Below, in pieces: positions 40,038-51,005 of a DNA stretch of 64,000 bases. How positions within the stretch are numbered: the stretch's first letter is position 1; the number at the start of each line of letters is the position of its first letter. The notes under the pieces were generated by a model that searched no databases, had not been told where the DNA came from, and saw nothing but the letters and a program-made list of their open reading frames with translations. The position numbers were made by a program, and so were the translations under genes. Source of the stretch: Shewanella electrica (GTDB taxonomy: Bacteria > Pseudomonadota > Gammaproteobacteria > Enterobacterales > Shewanellaceae); the NCBI RefSeq assembly GCF_022321485.1, contig NZ_JAKOGG010000004.1, positions 50,156 through 114,155 on the forward strand. The letters are read 5' to 3'.

Positions 40038-41042
40038 ATGTTAGGTATTAAATTCTATAAAGCTGACCCTTCAACTTTTGTCATGCTGTTTAAAAACGGC
40101 AAAGTCACTAAACAGGGCGCAGGCACCAGTTTCTACTACTACGCCCCGTCATCATCGCTGGTGGCGGTACCGCTAAGCAGCTGTGAAGTGCCATTTGCCT
40201 TTCGCATGAAAACTGAGGATTTCCAAGAAATCACCCTGCAAGGGCAAGTCACCTTCCGCATTGCCGAACCACAGCAAGCCGCCACCATGGTGAACTTTAC
40301 CTTGGATGTTGCCGGGCGTTATGTCAGTGAAGACCCAGAAAAACTGGAAGAGCGCGTGCTACGCAGTGTGCAGGTGGTGATCCGCAACCAGATTGAAACC
40401 ATGAGCTTGCAACAGGCGCTGCGGGCGAGTCGCTCACTCACCGAGTTGCTGCAGCAAAATCTGCCAGAGCGGCACTCGCTTAAAAACCTTGGCATTGATA
40501 TTACCGAAGTGTCGTTGACCTCGATTGTGCCCAATCCTGAAACGGCTAAAGCACTGGAAGCGGATGTGCGTGAGCAACTGCTGAAAGATGCCGATTCCGC
40601 CATTTATACCCGTCGTTTAGCCAGTATCGACCAAGAGAAACAGGTGCAGGAACGCGAGCTAGAAACTGAAAAAGCCATCAACAAACAACAGCAAGAGTTG
40701 GAGCAACAAAAGTTGCAGGCTGAGCAGGAAAAAATGCGCAAGAAGTTCGCTATGGATGAAGAAGCATTAACCGCGAAGACCGAGGCTGAACGCCGTCGCA
40801 ATGAATTGGTTGAACTGGAAGCGGTGAATACCCGCGCCCGCAGCGACGCCAAAGCGTATGACATTCGCAGCCAGTTGCAAGCTTATGAGGCGATTGATAT
40901 TGAACGCTTAAAAGTGATGAGCATGAGCGGCATGAAACCGGAAACCTTGATTGCCCAAGCGCTGGAAAACCTCACCAAAGGTGAAAACCGCGTTGGTAAC
41001 TTAAACATCTCCCCTGAGTTGCTGCAATCATTAGTGCGCTAA
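40038..41042 (+). CDS. Soluble SPFH/band-7 (flotillin-like) protein with a long coiled-coil
   Basis: SPFH core with no TM helix. A coiled-coil of about 90 aa (IDQEKQVQERELETEKAINKQQQELEQQKLQAEQEK...) follows. AAGGAG lies upstream of the ATG at 40038. Confidence 0.65.
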   Translation: MLGIKFYKADPSTFVMLFKNGKVTKQGAGTSFYYYAPSSSLVAVPLSSCEVPFAFRMKTEDFQEITLQGQVTFRIAEPQQAATMVNFTLDVAGRYVSEDPEKLEERVLRSVQVVIRNQIETMSLQQALRASRSLTELLQQNLPERHSLKNLGIDITEVSLTSIVPNPETAKALEADVREQLLKDADSAIYTRRLASIDQEKQVQERELETEKAINKQQQELEQQKLQAEQEKMRKKFAMDEEALTAKTEAERRRNELVELEAVNTRARSDAKAYDIRSQLQAYEAIDIERLKVMSMSGMKPETLIAQALENLTKGENRVGNLNISPELLQSLVR

Positions 41043-41052
41043 GGAGTGACCT

Positions 41053-41976
41053 ATGCTGACCGATAGAAAACTGGTGTTAGTCACCCGTAAAACTCGCTTA
41101 CAGGAGTTAAAAGAGCGCTACGGTACGCTGGGACAAGCCAAATTTTATCTGGAACATTTGGGCGAGTCGTTCGCCCAATATGAGGATGAACACAATCGCT
41201 TTGAGGCCTGCCGCCGCCAAGTGGTGCAACTGCTCGGCAGTATCGGTAAGTTGCAACAGCTAGAACGCGGCGTACTGCCAACCTATCGCTTCGACGCGCA
41301 GGATATTATCTGCGTGTTGGGGCAGGACGGTTTAGTGGCTAACACGCTCAAATATCTGCGTGGTCAGCCGGTGATTGGTATCAATCCGTTGCCGGACTTG
41401 TTCGACGGTAAATTGCTGCCGTTTAACGTCAATGAGTTAAAAGCGATCCTCCAGCATGTGTTAGCTGCTGAAGCGCAAACACGGGCGGTGACGTTAGCGC
41501 AGGTGGATACCAATTTAGGCGAATCACTGTTGGCGGTAAATGATCTGTTTATCGGCCCGCGCAGCCATAGCTCAGCACGTTATTTGCTGAATTATCAGCA
41601 ACAAATGGAGGAGCAAAGCTCCAGCGGTATTATTGTCTCCACTGGGCTGGGCTCTACTGGTTGGTTCCGCAGTATTATCGCTGGCGCCAGTGGTGTGGCA
41701 GGTAAACCGGTGCAGGCAAACATAGCTAACGGTTTTCCATGGGAAGCGCCGTATTTATATTATTCAGTGCGCGAGCCGTTTCCATCTCGCAGCACCTCAT
41801 GTAAGCAAGTGTTTGGCCGTATTGAGCAGGGCAAAGCATTGAAGTTGACTTCGCGCATGCCCGACAGCGGGGTGATCTTCTCTGACGGTATGGAAAGCGA
41901 CGCCATCAGCTTTAGTGCTGGCACCATTGCTGATATTCATGTGAGTGATATTCAAGGAGCTTTGGTGAGCGGCTAA
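41053..41976 (+). CDS. NAD-kinase-fold (NadK/diacylglycerol-kinase superfamily) protein
   Basis: The G-x-D-G motif (ICVLGQDGLV) and especially GIIVSTGLGSTGW parallel the NAD kinase DG-h-h-V-S-T-P-T-G-S-T-A-Y substrate-binding block. The gene lies 10 bp downstream of the SPFH gene. Confidence 0.5.
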   Translation: MLTDRKLVLVTRKTRLQELKERYGTLGQAKFYLEHLGESFAQYEDEHNRFEACRRQVVQLLGSIGKLQQLERGVLPTYRFDAQDIICVLGQDGLVANTLKYLRGQPVIGINPLPDLFDGKLLPFNVNELKAILQHVLAAEAQTRAVTLAQVDTNLGESLLAVNDLFIGPRSHSSARYLLNYQQQMEEQSSSGIIVSTGLGSTGWFRSIIAGASGVAGKPVQANIANGFPWEAPYLYYSVREPFPSRSTSCKQVFGRIEQGKALKLTSRMPDSGVIFSDGMESDAISFSAGTIADIHVSDIQGALVSG

Positions 41977-42012
41977 CGCCGAAAGGTTAGTGTTTACCAA
42001 CTGCCGCTTTCA

Positions 42013-42864
42013 TCACTTCAGCGGCAAATAAATATCCGTCTGTAAGTCACATTCATCCACTTGATGGACAAAGTTGAGCCAATGGAAAAAACAGGGAAAA
42101 TCACCCAGCTCCTTGCCACTTTGCGGTAACCAATCGCGGTACAGCTGATACACGCTGTCACTTAAGTTATCGTGGCTGCCGTAATGGCGCAGCACAGCAA
42201 AACGACCGCCGGGAATTGTGCCCGTTTGTACGCCAAAATCATTGGCTGGCACATCGCCCTTAATTGTTCCGGCAATATCAAATCGAAATTCATCTGGTGC
42301 AACGGTATTGGGATCGGCGTAGGGAATACCGAACGTATCACTGCTGGCGATAGGCGATAACCCCGTTTGTTTACGCCAAGCGATGAATTGCGCTGAGGTG
42401 GCTAACACACGCTCAGGCGCACCTAGATGACTGAGATACGCGATTTTCTGATTCGGTTTGGTGACGATGTTGACTTGCATAAGTTCAGCTCCCGCCAAGA
42501 TATGTGGCAATTGAAAAAGATGTTGCCATTGAGTCCAGTCCGGTTGCTGCCGAAAAGCCGTTGGGGTTTGGCCAACGGTTTTCTTAAAGCTGCGGGCAAA
42601 TGCTTCTGGGCTGGCAAAGCCCGCAAGCAGCGCAATATCAATCACTTTTAGCGGCTCAAATGCCAGTTGGTAAGAGGCTCGTTTCAACTTAGCCAACTGA
42701 ATGTAGCGCGTGGCACTCATGCCAGTATGCGCCACAAACAGCCGATGAAAGTGAAACCGCGAGCAAGCCGCAATATTGCTCAATTGCTCTGGCGTTAGCG
42801 CTTCATCTAAATGCTGCTGAATATATTCACATACTTGCACAATACGTTGATATGGCGCGGCCAT
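42013..42864 (-). CDS. AraC-family regulator with a C-terminal GyrI-like effector-binding domain
   Basis: N-terminal dual HTH (FHFHRLFVAHTGMSATRYIQLAKLKRASYQL). The C-terminal region of about 150 aa is GyrI/SbmC-like. Confidence 0.75.
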   Translation of the reverse strand: MAAPYQRIVQVCEYIQQHLDEALTPEQLSNIAACSRFHFHRLFVAHTGMSATRYIQLAKLKRASYQLAFEPLKVIDIALLAGFASPEAFARSFKKTVGQTPTAFRQQPDWTQWQHLFQLPHILAGAELMQVNIVTKPNQKIAYLSHLGAPERVLATSAQFIAWRKQTGLSPIASSDTFGIPYADPNTVAPDEFRFDIAGTIKGDVPANDFGVQTGTIPGGRFAVLRHYGSHDNLSDSVYQLYRDWLPQSGKELGDFPCFFHWLNFVHQVDECDLQTDIYLPLK

Positions 42865-42976
42865 TGGCGGTTGGCTCCTTCGGCGTTTTAGGAATGACTC
42901 AATAGCGGCGCTTAGTGTGGCGCGAAGGCCACGGAAAAACCTGATTCAAATTGCGCAGTTATCGAACCAAAACGCG

Positions 42977-43945
42977 TTACAGCCAGCGATGGCGATAGAA
43001 AAACCACAACTGCACCGCCACAATCAGCACTAAACCAGTACAGAATGCAGTGAAAGCCCATGGCGTTTCTGCCCCCGGAATACCGGCGATGTTGACGCCA
43101 AGTAAGCCAGTGAGAAAACCTAACGGCAGAAACACCGCACTGATCAAGGACAGGAAATACAAGCGCTGGTTAACCGCTTCCGATTGATGGTTTTGCAACT
43201 CTTCTTGCGCTACGGTAGCGCGCTCGCGTACCGAGTCTAGGTCTTCAATGCCGCGGACTAAGGTATCGTTCACTTCGTTAAATGCTAGCCGTTGGTGTTC
43301 ATCATAAATACCGGCGGAGTCGTTCAGCAGTTTACTGAAGGCATCGCGTTGCGGCGCGAGGTAACGTCGTACCACCACGGTTTGGCGGCGCAATTCGGCA
43401 ATATCGGTGCGCAGATCGCGGCGATCACCATCAAGCAGTTTGTCTTCCAACTCGTCTAAACGTTCTTCTAATTGATCAATAAAGGTGACATTACGGTCGG
43501 TCAAACGCTCACACATACTTAGCAAAAAACCACCACTGTTATCGGGGCCATTACCTGCAACAATATCTTGCGCTAGTCCTTTTACCGACAGCAAGTCGCG
43601 GCAGCTGGTAGTGATAATGCGATGTTGCGATACATATAGCCGCAGCGACACCATATCCTCCGGGTCGGCTCCCGGGTTTAAGTTAATGCCGCGCAATGCC
43701 AACAGTAAGCCGTCGCCGGAGCGCAAAATACGTGGGCGGGTGTCTTGTGCGAGCAAGGCATCGGTTTCCAACATGGTTAAACCACTTTCTTCAGTTAACC
43801 AACGTTCAGTTGCTGGATGTTTGTAGTTGAAGTGCAGCCAAACTAGCCCTTGTTCGGGCGGGAAATCGAGCGCTTGTTGTTTGGACATCTGCATCGGCGC
43901 ACCATTACCGCTGAGCAGCACTGCATTAACTAATCCATCTGGCAT
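42977..43945 (-). CDS. CorA/ZntB-family divalent cation transporter
   Basis: Cytoplasmic N-domain, then two C-terminal TM helices carrying the signature YFLSLISAVFLPLGFLTGLLGVNIAG (GxN motif). Confidence 0.8.
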   Translation of the reverse strand: MPDGLVNAVLLSGNGAPMQMSKQQALDFPPEQGLVWLHFNYKHPATERWLTEESGLTMLETDALLAQDTRPRILRSGDGLLLALRGINLNPGADPEDMVSLRLYVSQHRIITTSCRDLLSVKGLAQDIVAGNGPDNSGGFLLSMCERLTDRNVTFIDQLEERLDELEDKLLDGDRRDLRTDIAELRRQTVVVRRYLAPQRDAFSKLLNDSAGIYDEHQRLAFNEVNDTLVRGIEDLDSVRERATVAQEELQNHQSEAVNQRLYFLSLISAVFLPLGFLTGLLGVNIAGIPGAETPWAFTAFCTGLVLIVAVQLWFFYRHRWL

Positions 43946-44127
43946 AGTGTTATCTCCTGAGTGAACTGTGAGCGGAGCACATAGTGAGTCTTAACAAAAT
44001 CGCGCGGCTCCAGCTTGGGTCACGCTAACCTAATATCGCAATATTGAGAAGTGAAGAATGATTCCTGAGGCAATCTATAGCGGCCTAGATTAAACTAGAA
44101 ATAACCGTACCAAACCAGAGAATCTCC

Positions 44128-44499
44128 ATGGAATATGAATTTAGACGCGATATGCTGAGTGGCACGCCAGGTGCCAGTTTCAGTATGGAACATCAGGTAA
44201 TGGGGCAGTGGTTTTCTGAAGAATTAGGCAATGATGTTGAGCGTTGTGCGCAAGTGAATCAGGCGATTGTGTCATTGCAGCAAGGCAAGCTGAACGAGTG
44301 GCAGTTGGTGGGGGGCGATCTCACCTTGCAGATGGATGCTGAGCAAGTGCGCATTTACGCCAATGTGCTTGATTTTGAAAATGATACTGAACTAGATGAA
44401 GACCTGTCGTTATATGATGCAGAGTCAGAAGCCTTTTGTGGATTAGAGGATTTCCAACAAGTGATGGCAAGCTGGCAGCAGTTTATTGCTGAGCATTAA
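44128..44499 (+). CDS. yacL: UPF0231 protein YacL
   Basis: MEYEFRRDMLSG...MEHQVMGQWFSEE...FCGLEDFQQVMASWQQFI is collinear with E. coli YacL (MDYEFLRD...MGHEVVGHWFNEE...LCGVEDFLQVVAAYRNFV). Confidence 0.85.
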   Translation: MEYEFRRDMLSGTPGASFSMEHQVMGQWFSEELGNDVERCAQVNQAIVSLQQGKLNEWQLVGGDLTLQMDAEQVRIYANVLDFENDTELDEDLSLYDAESEAFCGLEDFQQVMASWQQFIAEH

Positions 44500-44602
44500 T
44501 CCTCAATAACAATGCTCCAAAACCAAAGCCCAAATGTTGCCATTTGGGCTTTTTGCTATTCAGCGCTGGTGGTTTCACGTCGGGCAGTGTTGTCGCCAAA
44601 TG

Positions 44603-45232
44603 TTAGCGATTCAAATACCTTACTGCCATCTCAGTGCGTGATTTGGCATTGGCTTTGCGCAGGAGATTTTTCACATGCACTTTAACCGTGCCTTCGCTGA
44701 TATGCAGCACTTCGGAAATCATGCGGTTACTCAATCCTTCGGCAAGATTTTGCAGAATTTGCAGCTCTCTTGGGGTTAACTCTCCCACCCACTCCGTTTC
44801 ATCCGCCGCACTGGCTAATTCGTCTAGATAGGGCGCGATTTCAGGGCTGATAACGGTTCTGCCCGACATCGCCTGTTTTAACTGAGTCAGTAATAAATCG
44901 GGTTCAGTATCTTTCAGCAGGTAACCATCGGCGCCCGCTTTGAGCAGACGCAGCACATCTTGTTTAGCGTCAGATACGGTTAAGATAATGATTTTACAGG
45001 TAACGTCTTCTTGGCGCAGCGCATTGAGTGTATCCAGACCCGACATGCCTTTCATATTGAGGTCGAGTAAGACGATATCTGGTTCATCTTCTGCTAACGC
45101 AGATAGAGCTTCAATGCCACTGCCCGCTTCACCAAATAGGCGGAACTGCTGATCGGATTCAAGTAGTTGACAGATCCCCCGTCGCAGCAGCGGATGATCA
45201 TCCACTACTAATACCGAATACACATCACCCAT
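44603..45232 (-). CDS. narP: Nitrate/nitrite response regulator (NarL/NarP family)
   Basis: Receiver domain (VLVVDDHPLLRRG...DIVLLDLNMKGMSG) plus a LuxR-type HTH (LTPRELQILQNLAEGLSNRMISEVLHISEGTVKVHVKNLLRK). It lies downstream of and overlaps the narQ-type kinase gene. Confidence 0.85.
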   Translation of the reverse strand: MGDVYSVLVVDDHPLLRRGICQLLESDQQFRLFGEAGSGIEALSALAEDEPDIVLLDLNMKGMSGLDTLNALRQEDVTCKIIILTVSDAKQDVLRLLKAGADGYLLKDTEPDLLLTQLKQAMSGRTVISPEIAPYLDELASAADETEWVGELTPRELQILQNLAEGLSNRMISEVLHISEGTVKVHVKNLLRKANAKSRTEMAVRYLNR

Positions 45233-46931
45233 TGTCTGACTCCTGTTGTGGTGGAAACTCTAATGTCACGCAAGCCCCACCATTGGGGTTAGCTGAGAAG
45301 GTCACTTTCCCTGATAATCGATTGGCACGTTCGTGCATAATTCCTAAGCCAAAATGCTGTTCGCGTTCTTGGATATGGTCAAGGCCGATGCCGTCATCAC
45401 AGATGCGGATCACCGCCATGTTAGCAGCATTCTTTTCACAAGACACATCGATATGACGCGCTTTTGCGTGCTTAATCGCATTGAGCGTGGCTTCTCTAGT
45501 GAGTTGTAAAATATGGATATGTTGGTGGGCTGCCAATAGGTGTGATGGTAAACGGTAATTTAGGCTGATCTCAACATCGGTTTGCGATCTGAGCTGTTCT
45601 AACATGCTTTCAAGGGCGATACGCAGGTTAGGTTCTTTTACCGTGAGGCGGAAAGTCGACAGTAGCTCGCGCAGCTGTGAATAGGCTAAATTGACACCTT
45701 GATTGAGTTCGGTGAGCTGTTGGTCAACTTTGTCAGCGTAACCTTGTTCGTCCAATGCTTTGCGTAGCAAGCTGATCTGAATTTTTAGAAATGACAGTAA
45801 TTGTCCGAGTGAGTCATGCAGCTCGCGGGCAATCACTGCGCGCTCCTCTAACAGTGCCAACTGCTGGCGCTCCTCCGAGGCGTTATGAATGATGATCGAG
45901 CGAGCCAGCATCAGAGCATAGTTTAAAAACAGTGCCTCGTTAACGCCGTTATCGCAGATCACTTCCAAATAGCCTAAGCGCTGCTGTTCAAACGTCACCG
46001 GAAAACAGGTACTACTGGCATTTGCGGGCCAGTCTTCAGTGGCGGAGATCACCTCCATCTCTTCATCATCTTGTTGAATGATGAGCCGTAGATAACTCAA
46101 TTGTTGGTAATCTTTTAACTGTATCAGCGACTCTTGCAGCAGTTTTAAGTTGAGTTGCCCCGAGTTGAGCATAATCGCTTTGTCGTACAGAAAGGTTAGC
46201 TCGTTATTGGCTTTAGTCAGCGCCAGTGTTTTCTCTTTGACTTGCGACTCTAGATCGCCATATATCGATGCGAGCTGTTTTACTGTGTAAGTTAGCGCTT
46301 CAGAGAGAGTGCTTAGTTCATTGTATTCCGAGGTGGGAATCGCCACGTCAAAGCGGCCTTGGGCGATGATATTGGCGGACTGCATCATCTCGCCCAGTGG
46401 TTGGGCGACTTTTCGACGCATAAAACGCACGGTAACAAAGGCGATGACAATCATCATGCTTAAGCCGATAACTTGCAGGATCACTAACAGCCGTAGTTTA
46501 AAGGCAGCATGGTGTTCCATCTCCAGCACCAGCTTATCAATGGTATCAACAAAATCTTTGACCGAGGCGGCGTAAGCGCGGGAGTTCTCCTGCTCGGCGT
46601 AAGTTTTCATCTGCTGCCACTTTTCGATGACCAGTTGATACTGTGCTTTTAGTGCTTGCGGTGATGACCAATCGAGTGAGCGAGTGAGGGCATCCGAATG
46701 CAACGTTTGCTCGAACTCTTGGATCTTGTCATCGGTAGCCTCACTGCCACTGTTGGCATAAAACAGTAAACGATAACTCTGCATCCGCAGTGAGCCCGAA
46801 GCATTAATCGCCCGGGCATCTCCCACGCTGTAGGACAGGTTCACAATCGAGAATGTGGCCAGACCGCTCGATAACAAAATTAACAGCATCATCATGCCCA
46901 GTATCGTGGCGGTTAAACTCCTTTTTATCAT
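45225..46931 (-). CDS. narQ: Nitrate/nitrite sensor histidine kinase (NarX/NarQ family)
   Basis: Two TMs flank a periplasmic P-box-like region. These are followed by HAMP, a Cys-containing central module, the H-box (RELHDSLGQ) and an HATPase_c domain. It overlaps narP by 8 bp. Confidence 0.85.
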   Translation of the reverse strand: MIKRSLTATILGMMMLLILLSSGLATFSIVNLSYSVGDARAINASGSLRMQSYRLLFYANSGSEATDDKIQEFEQTLHSDALTRSLDWSSPQALKAQYQLVIEKWQQMKTYAEQENSRAYAASVKDFVDTIDKLVLEMEHHAAFKLRLLVILQVIGLSMMIVIAFVTVRFMRRKVAQPLGEMMQSANIIAQGRFDVAIPTSEYNELSTLSEALTYTVKQLASIYGDLESQVKEKTLALTKANNELTFLYDKAIMLNSGQLNLKLLQESLIQLKDYQQLSYLRLIIQQDDEEMEVISATEDWPANASSTCFPVTFEQQRLGYLEVICDNGVNEALFLNYALMLARSIIIHNASEERQQLALLEERAVIARELHDSLGQLLSFLKIQISLLRKALDEQGYADKVDQQLTELNQGVNLAYSQLRELLSTFRLTVKEPNLRIALESMLEQLRSQTDVEISLNYRLPSHLLAAHQHIHILQLTREATLNAIKHAKARHIDVSCEKNAANMAVIRICDDGIGLDHIQEREQHFGLGIMHERANRLSGKVTFSANPNGGACVTLEFPPQQESDNG

Positions 46932-47238
46932 TAAAATAAAACCTTTTAGTCTTTATGGTTATATTACATCTTTATGAAAATAAAAGATTATCTGTATCGT
47001 TGGCTATACTTTTCTTGCTTGGCGCTTAGCTTGTTGTGCTTCCGTTTTATCAGTGGTTGCTAAACTTACTTAACATTTCGTTAAAATTGTGAGCTGGGTC
47101 GTGTGAGCAATTTGATCTCACGCAAGTTTACGTTTGTATATTCCCTAAGAGGTATATATCCGACCATAGCAAAGGACTACTTTTCATGGCGAAGTCGTCG
47201 CTCATGCAGCGCCACAATGAACATAACACGGAGATGAA

Positions 47239-48639
47239 ATGGTGAAAAACTTCAGCAGAAAATCTATCGCGGCTAGCTTGCTCATGGCTACCTCAGTGAT
47301 GGCTGCCGGCACCTTCGCCAGCGATAAAACTGAACCTCGTAGTGAGGTTTATCAAAACAAATTTAAACAGCAGTATGCCTCTTGGCATGCCACAGAGGAA
47401 AGCAAAGACAACACCGATTTACTGGCAGCAGATCCTAACTTGGTCGTGTTGTGGGCGGGTTATGGTTTTGCCAAAGATTACCGTGCGCCTCGCGGCCATA
47501 TGTATGCGGTGACAGATGTGCGTGCAACATTGCGTACTGGTGCACCACATGCGGCAGGAGAAGGTCCAATGCCGATGGCCTGCTGGAGCTGTAAAAGCCC
47601 TGACGTGCCACGTGTGATTGAAGAGCAAGGTGAAGACGGTTATTTCACTGGTAAATGGTACAAAGGCGGTGAAGAGATCAGCAACACTATCGGCTGCTCT
47701 GATTGCCACGAAAAAGGCACCGCGAAACTGCGTATTAGCCGCCCATTCGCGGAGCGTGCTTTTGACACCATTGGTAAGCCATTTGATAAGGCATCACGTA
47801 ACGAGAAACAATCGTTAGTCTGTTCACAATGCCACGTCGAGTACTACTTCGAAAAGACCGAAGATCGTAATGGCTTCGTGAAGTTTCCATGGGATGACGG
47901 TACCTCCGTTGAAGCGATGGAGAACTACTATGACAACATCCATTTTGCAGACTGGACGCACAAAATCTCCAAAACGCCGATGTTAAAAGCACAGCATCCG
48001 GGATATGAAACATGGTCAACCAGTGTCCATGGGGTTAACAATGTCTCTTGCGTCGATTGCCATATGCCTAAAGTGACCAATGCGGAAGGCCGTAAATTCA
48101 CCGATCATAAAGTCGGTAACCCATTTGATCGGTTTGAAGATACCTGCGCTCGCTGCCATACCCAAAGCAAAGAGTTCATGGTCGGGCAATATGAGAAAGG
48201 CAAAGCAAAAGTGCTGGAATTGAAAGCGGCGGCTGAAACCCAGTTGGTGCATGCTCACTTTGAAGCCGGTGCAGCTTGGCAAGCGGGAGCGACTGAAGCT
48301 GAAATGACACCGATTCTCGAAGATATCCGTCACGCACAATGGCGTTGGGATTTTTCAATCGCATCGCATGGTGTTTATGCTCATAACCCAACTGAAGCGT
48401 TGCGTATTCTGGGGACCGCGGTAGATAAAGCGGCTTCAGCCCGCATCAAGCTGGCGCAGTTACTGGCGCAAAAAGGGGTTAAACAACCGGTAGCCATTCC
48501 AGATATTTCTACCAAGGCGAAAGCGCAGGCGGCTATCGGCCTAGATATGGATCAGCTAAACGCAGAGAAAGAGAAATTTAAGCAGGAAGTCTTGCCTAAA
48601 TGGGATGCTGCCGCGAAAAAACGTGAAGCAACGTATTAA
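47239..48639 (+). CDS. nrfA: Cytochrome c552 nitrite reductase (pentahaem NrfA)
   Basis: Signal peptide, the Lys-ligated haem motif CWSCK, plus four CxxCH motifs (CSDCH, CSQCH, CVDCH, CARCH). Size and order match NrfA. Confidence 0.93.
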   Translation: MVKNFSRKSIAASLLMATSVMAAGTFASDKTEPRSEVYQNKFKQQYASWHATEESKDNTDLLAADPNLVVLWAGYGFAKDYRAPRGHMYAVTDVRATLRTGAPHAAGEGPMPMACWSCKSPDVPRVIEEQGEDGYFTGKWYKGGEEISNTIGCSDCHEKGTAKLRISRPFAERAFDTIGKPFDKASRNEKQSLVCSQCHVEYYFEKTEDRNGFVKFPWDDGTSVEAMENYYDNIHFADWTHKISKTPMLKAQHPGYETWSTSVHGVNNVSCVDCHMPKVTNAEGRKFTDHKVGNPFDRFEDTCARCHTQSKEFMVGQYEKGKAKVLELKAAAETQLVHAHFEAGAAWQAGATEAEMTPILEDIRHAQWRWDFSIASHGVYAHNPTEALRILGTAVDKAASARIKLAQLLAQKGVKQPVAIPDISTKAKAQAAIGLDMDQLNAEKEKFKQEVLPKWDAAAKKREATY

Positions 48640-48720
48640 TTCAGTCGACCAGCATATCCAGTGCACAATAGTTGCTTGGTTTGAGTAACGACTCAACTTT
48701 AATACGTTAATTTAGTGATA

Positions 48721-48748
48721 AAAGCCCTCAGAATGTTGAGGGCTTTTT
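48721..48748 (+). terminator. Rho-independent terminator after nrfA
   Basis: aaagccctca-gaatgt-tgagggcttt followed by tt. Confidence 0.8.
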
Positions 48749-49120
48749 GCTATTAATCGGTAGCGTTTTAAGTGAGCACCATCGATGTGCAAATGTTCAT
48801 AAATGGTGATCTATTGTTATTATCATCAACTAACAGTGTGGGTTATCGCTCCGTAATCTCTATGCCTCAACATCCTCTATACGCACTCGCTAATCTATTG
48901 ATTTAGCCTATATCAACTGAATTGATTGACTCACGCTTCGCCATCGTCTCCGACATGATTGCTTGGTAAATGTTGCGGAAAATTTACCAAGCAATCACCG
49001 TCATTACTCGTGCTCGCTTGTGGTGCATTTCTCGCGGTTGTGACCACTAATGGTGCAAATGTTTTGAACCAAATTGGTATGTTTGTATGTAAGCCTTTGT
49101 AAAACAAAAAATTAACATTT

Positions 49121-49521
<401 letters not shown>

Positions 49522-49535
49522 AGGGGATAATAATA

Positions 49536-50783
49536 ATGGAAGAGTTAACCAAATTGGGGACTTCAGTATCAGAGCTGAGTTTTGCACTGAATACTTTCTA
49601 TTTTTTAGTGTCTGGGGCGTTGGTCATGTGGATGGCCGCCGGATTTGCCATGCTGGAAGCTGGCCTAGTACGCGCTAAAAATACCACCGAAATTTTGACA
49701 AAAAACTTTGTGTTGTACGCCATCGCTTGTGTGACTTTCTTGCTGGTGGGTTACAACATTATGTATGTCGATAACGTTGCCGGTGGTTGGTTGCCATCGT
49801 TTGGTGCCTTAATTGGTTCCCAAGCGGCTGATGCTAATCATGCACTGGAATCTGACTTTTTCTTCCAAGTAGTGTTTGTGGCAACCGCCATGTCAGTCGT
49901 CTCTGGTGCCGTTGCTGAACGTATGAAACTGTGGGCGTTCCTGATCTTCGCTGTAGTGTTGACCGCAGTACTGTACCCAGTTGAAGGTTACTGGACGTGG
50001 GGTGCTGGCTTCTTGAATGCGGCAGGTTTCTCTGACTTTGCTGGTAGTGGCATTGTGCACATGGCAGGGGCTTCAGCAGCATTGGCTGGCGTATTGTTAC
50101 TTGGCCCACGCAAAGGTAAATATGGCCCTAACGGTCAAGTTAACCCAATTCAAGGTTGTAACTTGCCTTTGGCAACATTAGGTACCTTTATTTTGTGGTT
50201 CGGTTGGTTCGGCTTCAACGGCGGTTCACAGCTGGCTGTTGCCGATGCAGAAAATGCGTCTGCCGTAGCTAAAGTGTTCGTAAACACTAACTCAGCAGCA
50301 GCGTTTGGTGCCGTATCAGCGCTGATTGTTTGTAAAATGGTTTGGGGTAAAGCCGACTTAACCATGGTACTGAATGGTGCTTTAGCTGGTCTGGTTGCTA
50401 TCACCGCTGATCCTGCCAGCCCTTCACTGGTGATGGCTGGTATCATCGGCTTGATCGCTGGTGCTCTGGTGGTGTTCTCAATTGTTGGCTTTGACCGCAT
50501 TAAGATTGACGACCCAGTGGGTGCTTGTTCGGTACACGGCGTTGCGGGCTTGTTTGGTGTAATGGTTGTGCCGGTATCAAATGCTGAAGCCACCTTTGGT
50601 GCACAAGCATTAGGTGCAGTTACTATCTTCGCTTGGATGTTTGGTACTTCATTGATTGTATGGGGCATCCTCAAAGTCACTATGGGTATTCGCGTCACCG
50701 AAGAAGAAGAATATAACGGTGTTGATGCATACGATTGTGGCGTTGATGCTTATCCTGAGTTTGTTACCGTTAAAAACGCGTAA
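49536..50783 (+). CDS. amtB: Ammonium transporter AmtB
   Basis: Signal-like N-terminus, 11 TM helices, and the conserved Amt blocks DFAGSGIVHMAGASAALAGVLLLGPR and twin-His region. It is downstream of glnK. Confidence 0.93.
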   Translation: MEELTKLGTSVSELSFALNTFYFLVSGALVMWMAAGFAMLEAGLVRAKNTTEILTKNFVLYAIACVTFLLVGYNIMYVDNVAGGWLPSFGALIGSQAADANHALESDFFFQVVFVATAMSVVSGAVAERMKLWAFLIFAVVLTAVLYPVEGYWTWGAGFLNAAGFSDFAGSGIVHMAGASAALAGVLLLGPRKGKYGPNGQVNPIQGCNLPLATLGTFILWFGWFGFNGGSQLAVADAENASAVAKVFVNTNSAAAFGAVSALIVCKMVWGKADLTMVLNGALAGLVAITADPASPSLVMAGIIGLIAGALVVFSIVGFDRIKIDDPVGACSVHGVAGLFGVMVVPVSNAEATFGAQALGAVTIFAWMFGTSLIVWGILKVTMGIRVTEEEEYNGVDAYDCGVDAYPEFVTVKNA

Positions 50784-50802
50784 TTACAACGCATTAGCAA
50801 TA

Positions 50803-50830
50803 AAAACAGGGCGCAAGCCCTGTTTTTTTA
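50803..50830 (+). terminator. Rho-independent terminator after amtB
   Basis: acagggc-gcaa-gccctgt followed by ttttttt. Confidence 0.85.
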
Positions 50831-51005
50831 TGCTTAAAAAATAACCTAAAAAATCACCATTATTTAGCTATGGTGCTTATGATTTTTTAATAAAAAAGCG
50901 GTTTTTATTGGTGGATTTACTTGTGTGAACTGTGATTTAATAAATTTTATTCAATATATTCACTGAATCGCTTGAAAGCCTAATTTTAGCTTTCGTTTGT
51001 GTTGA

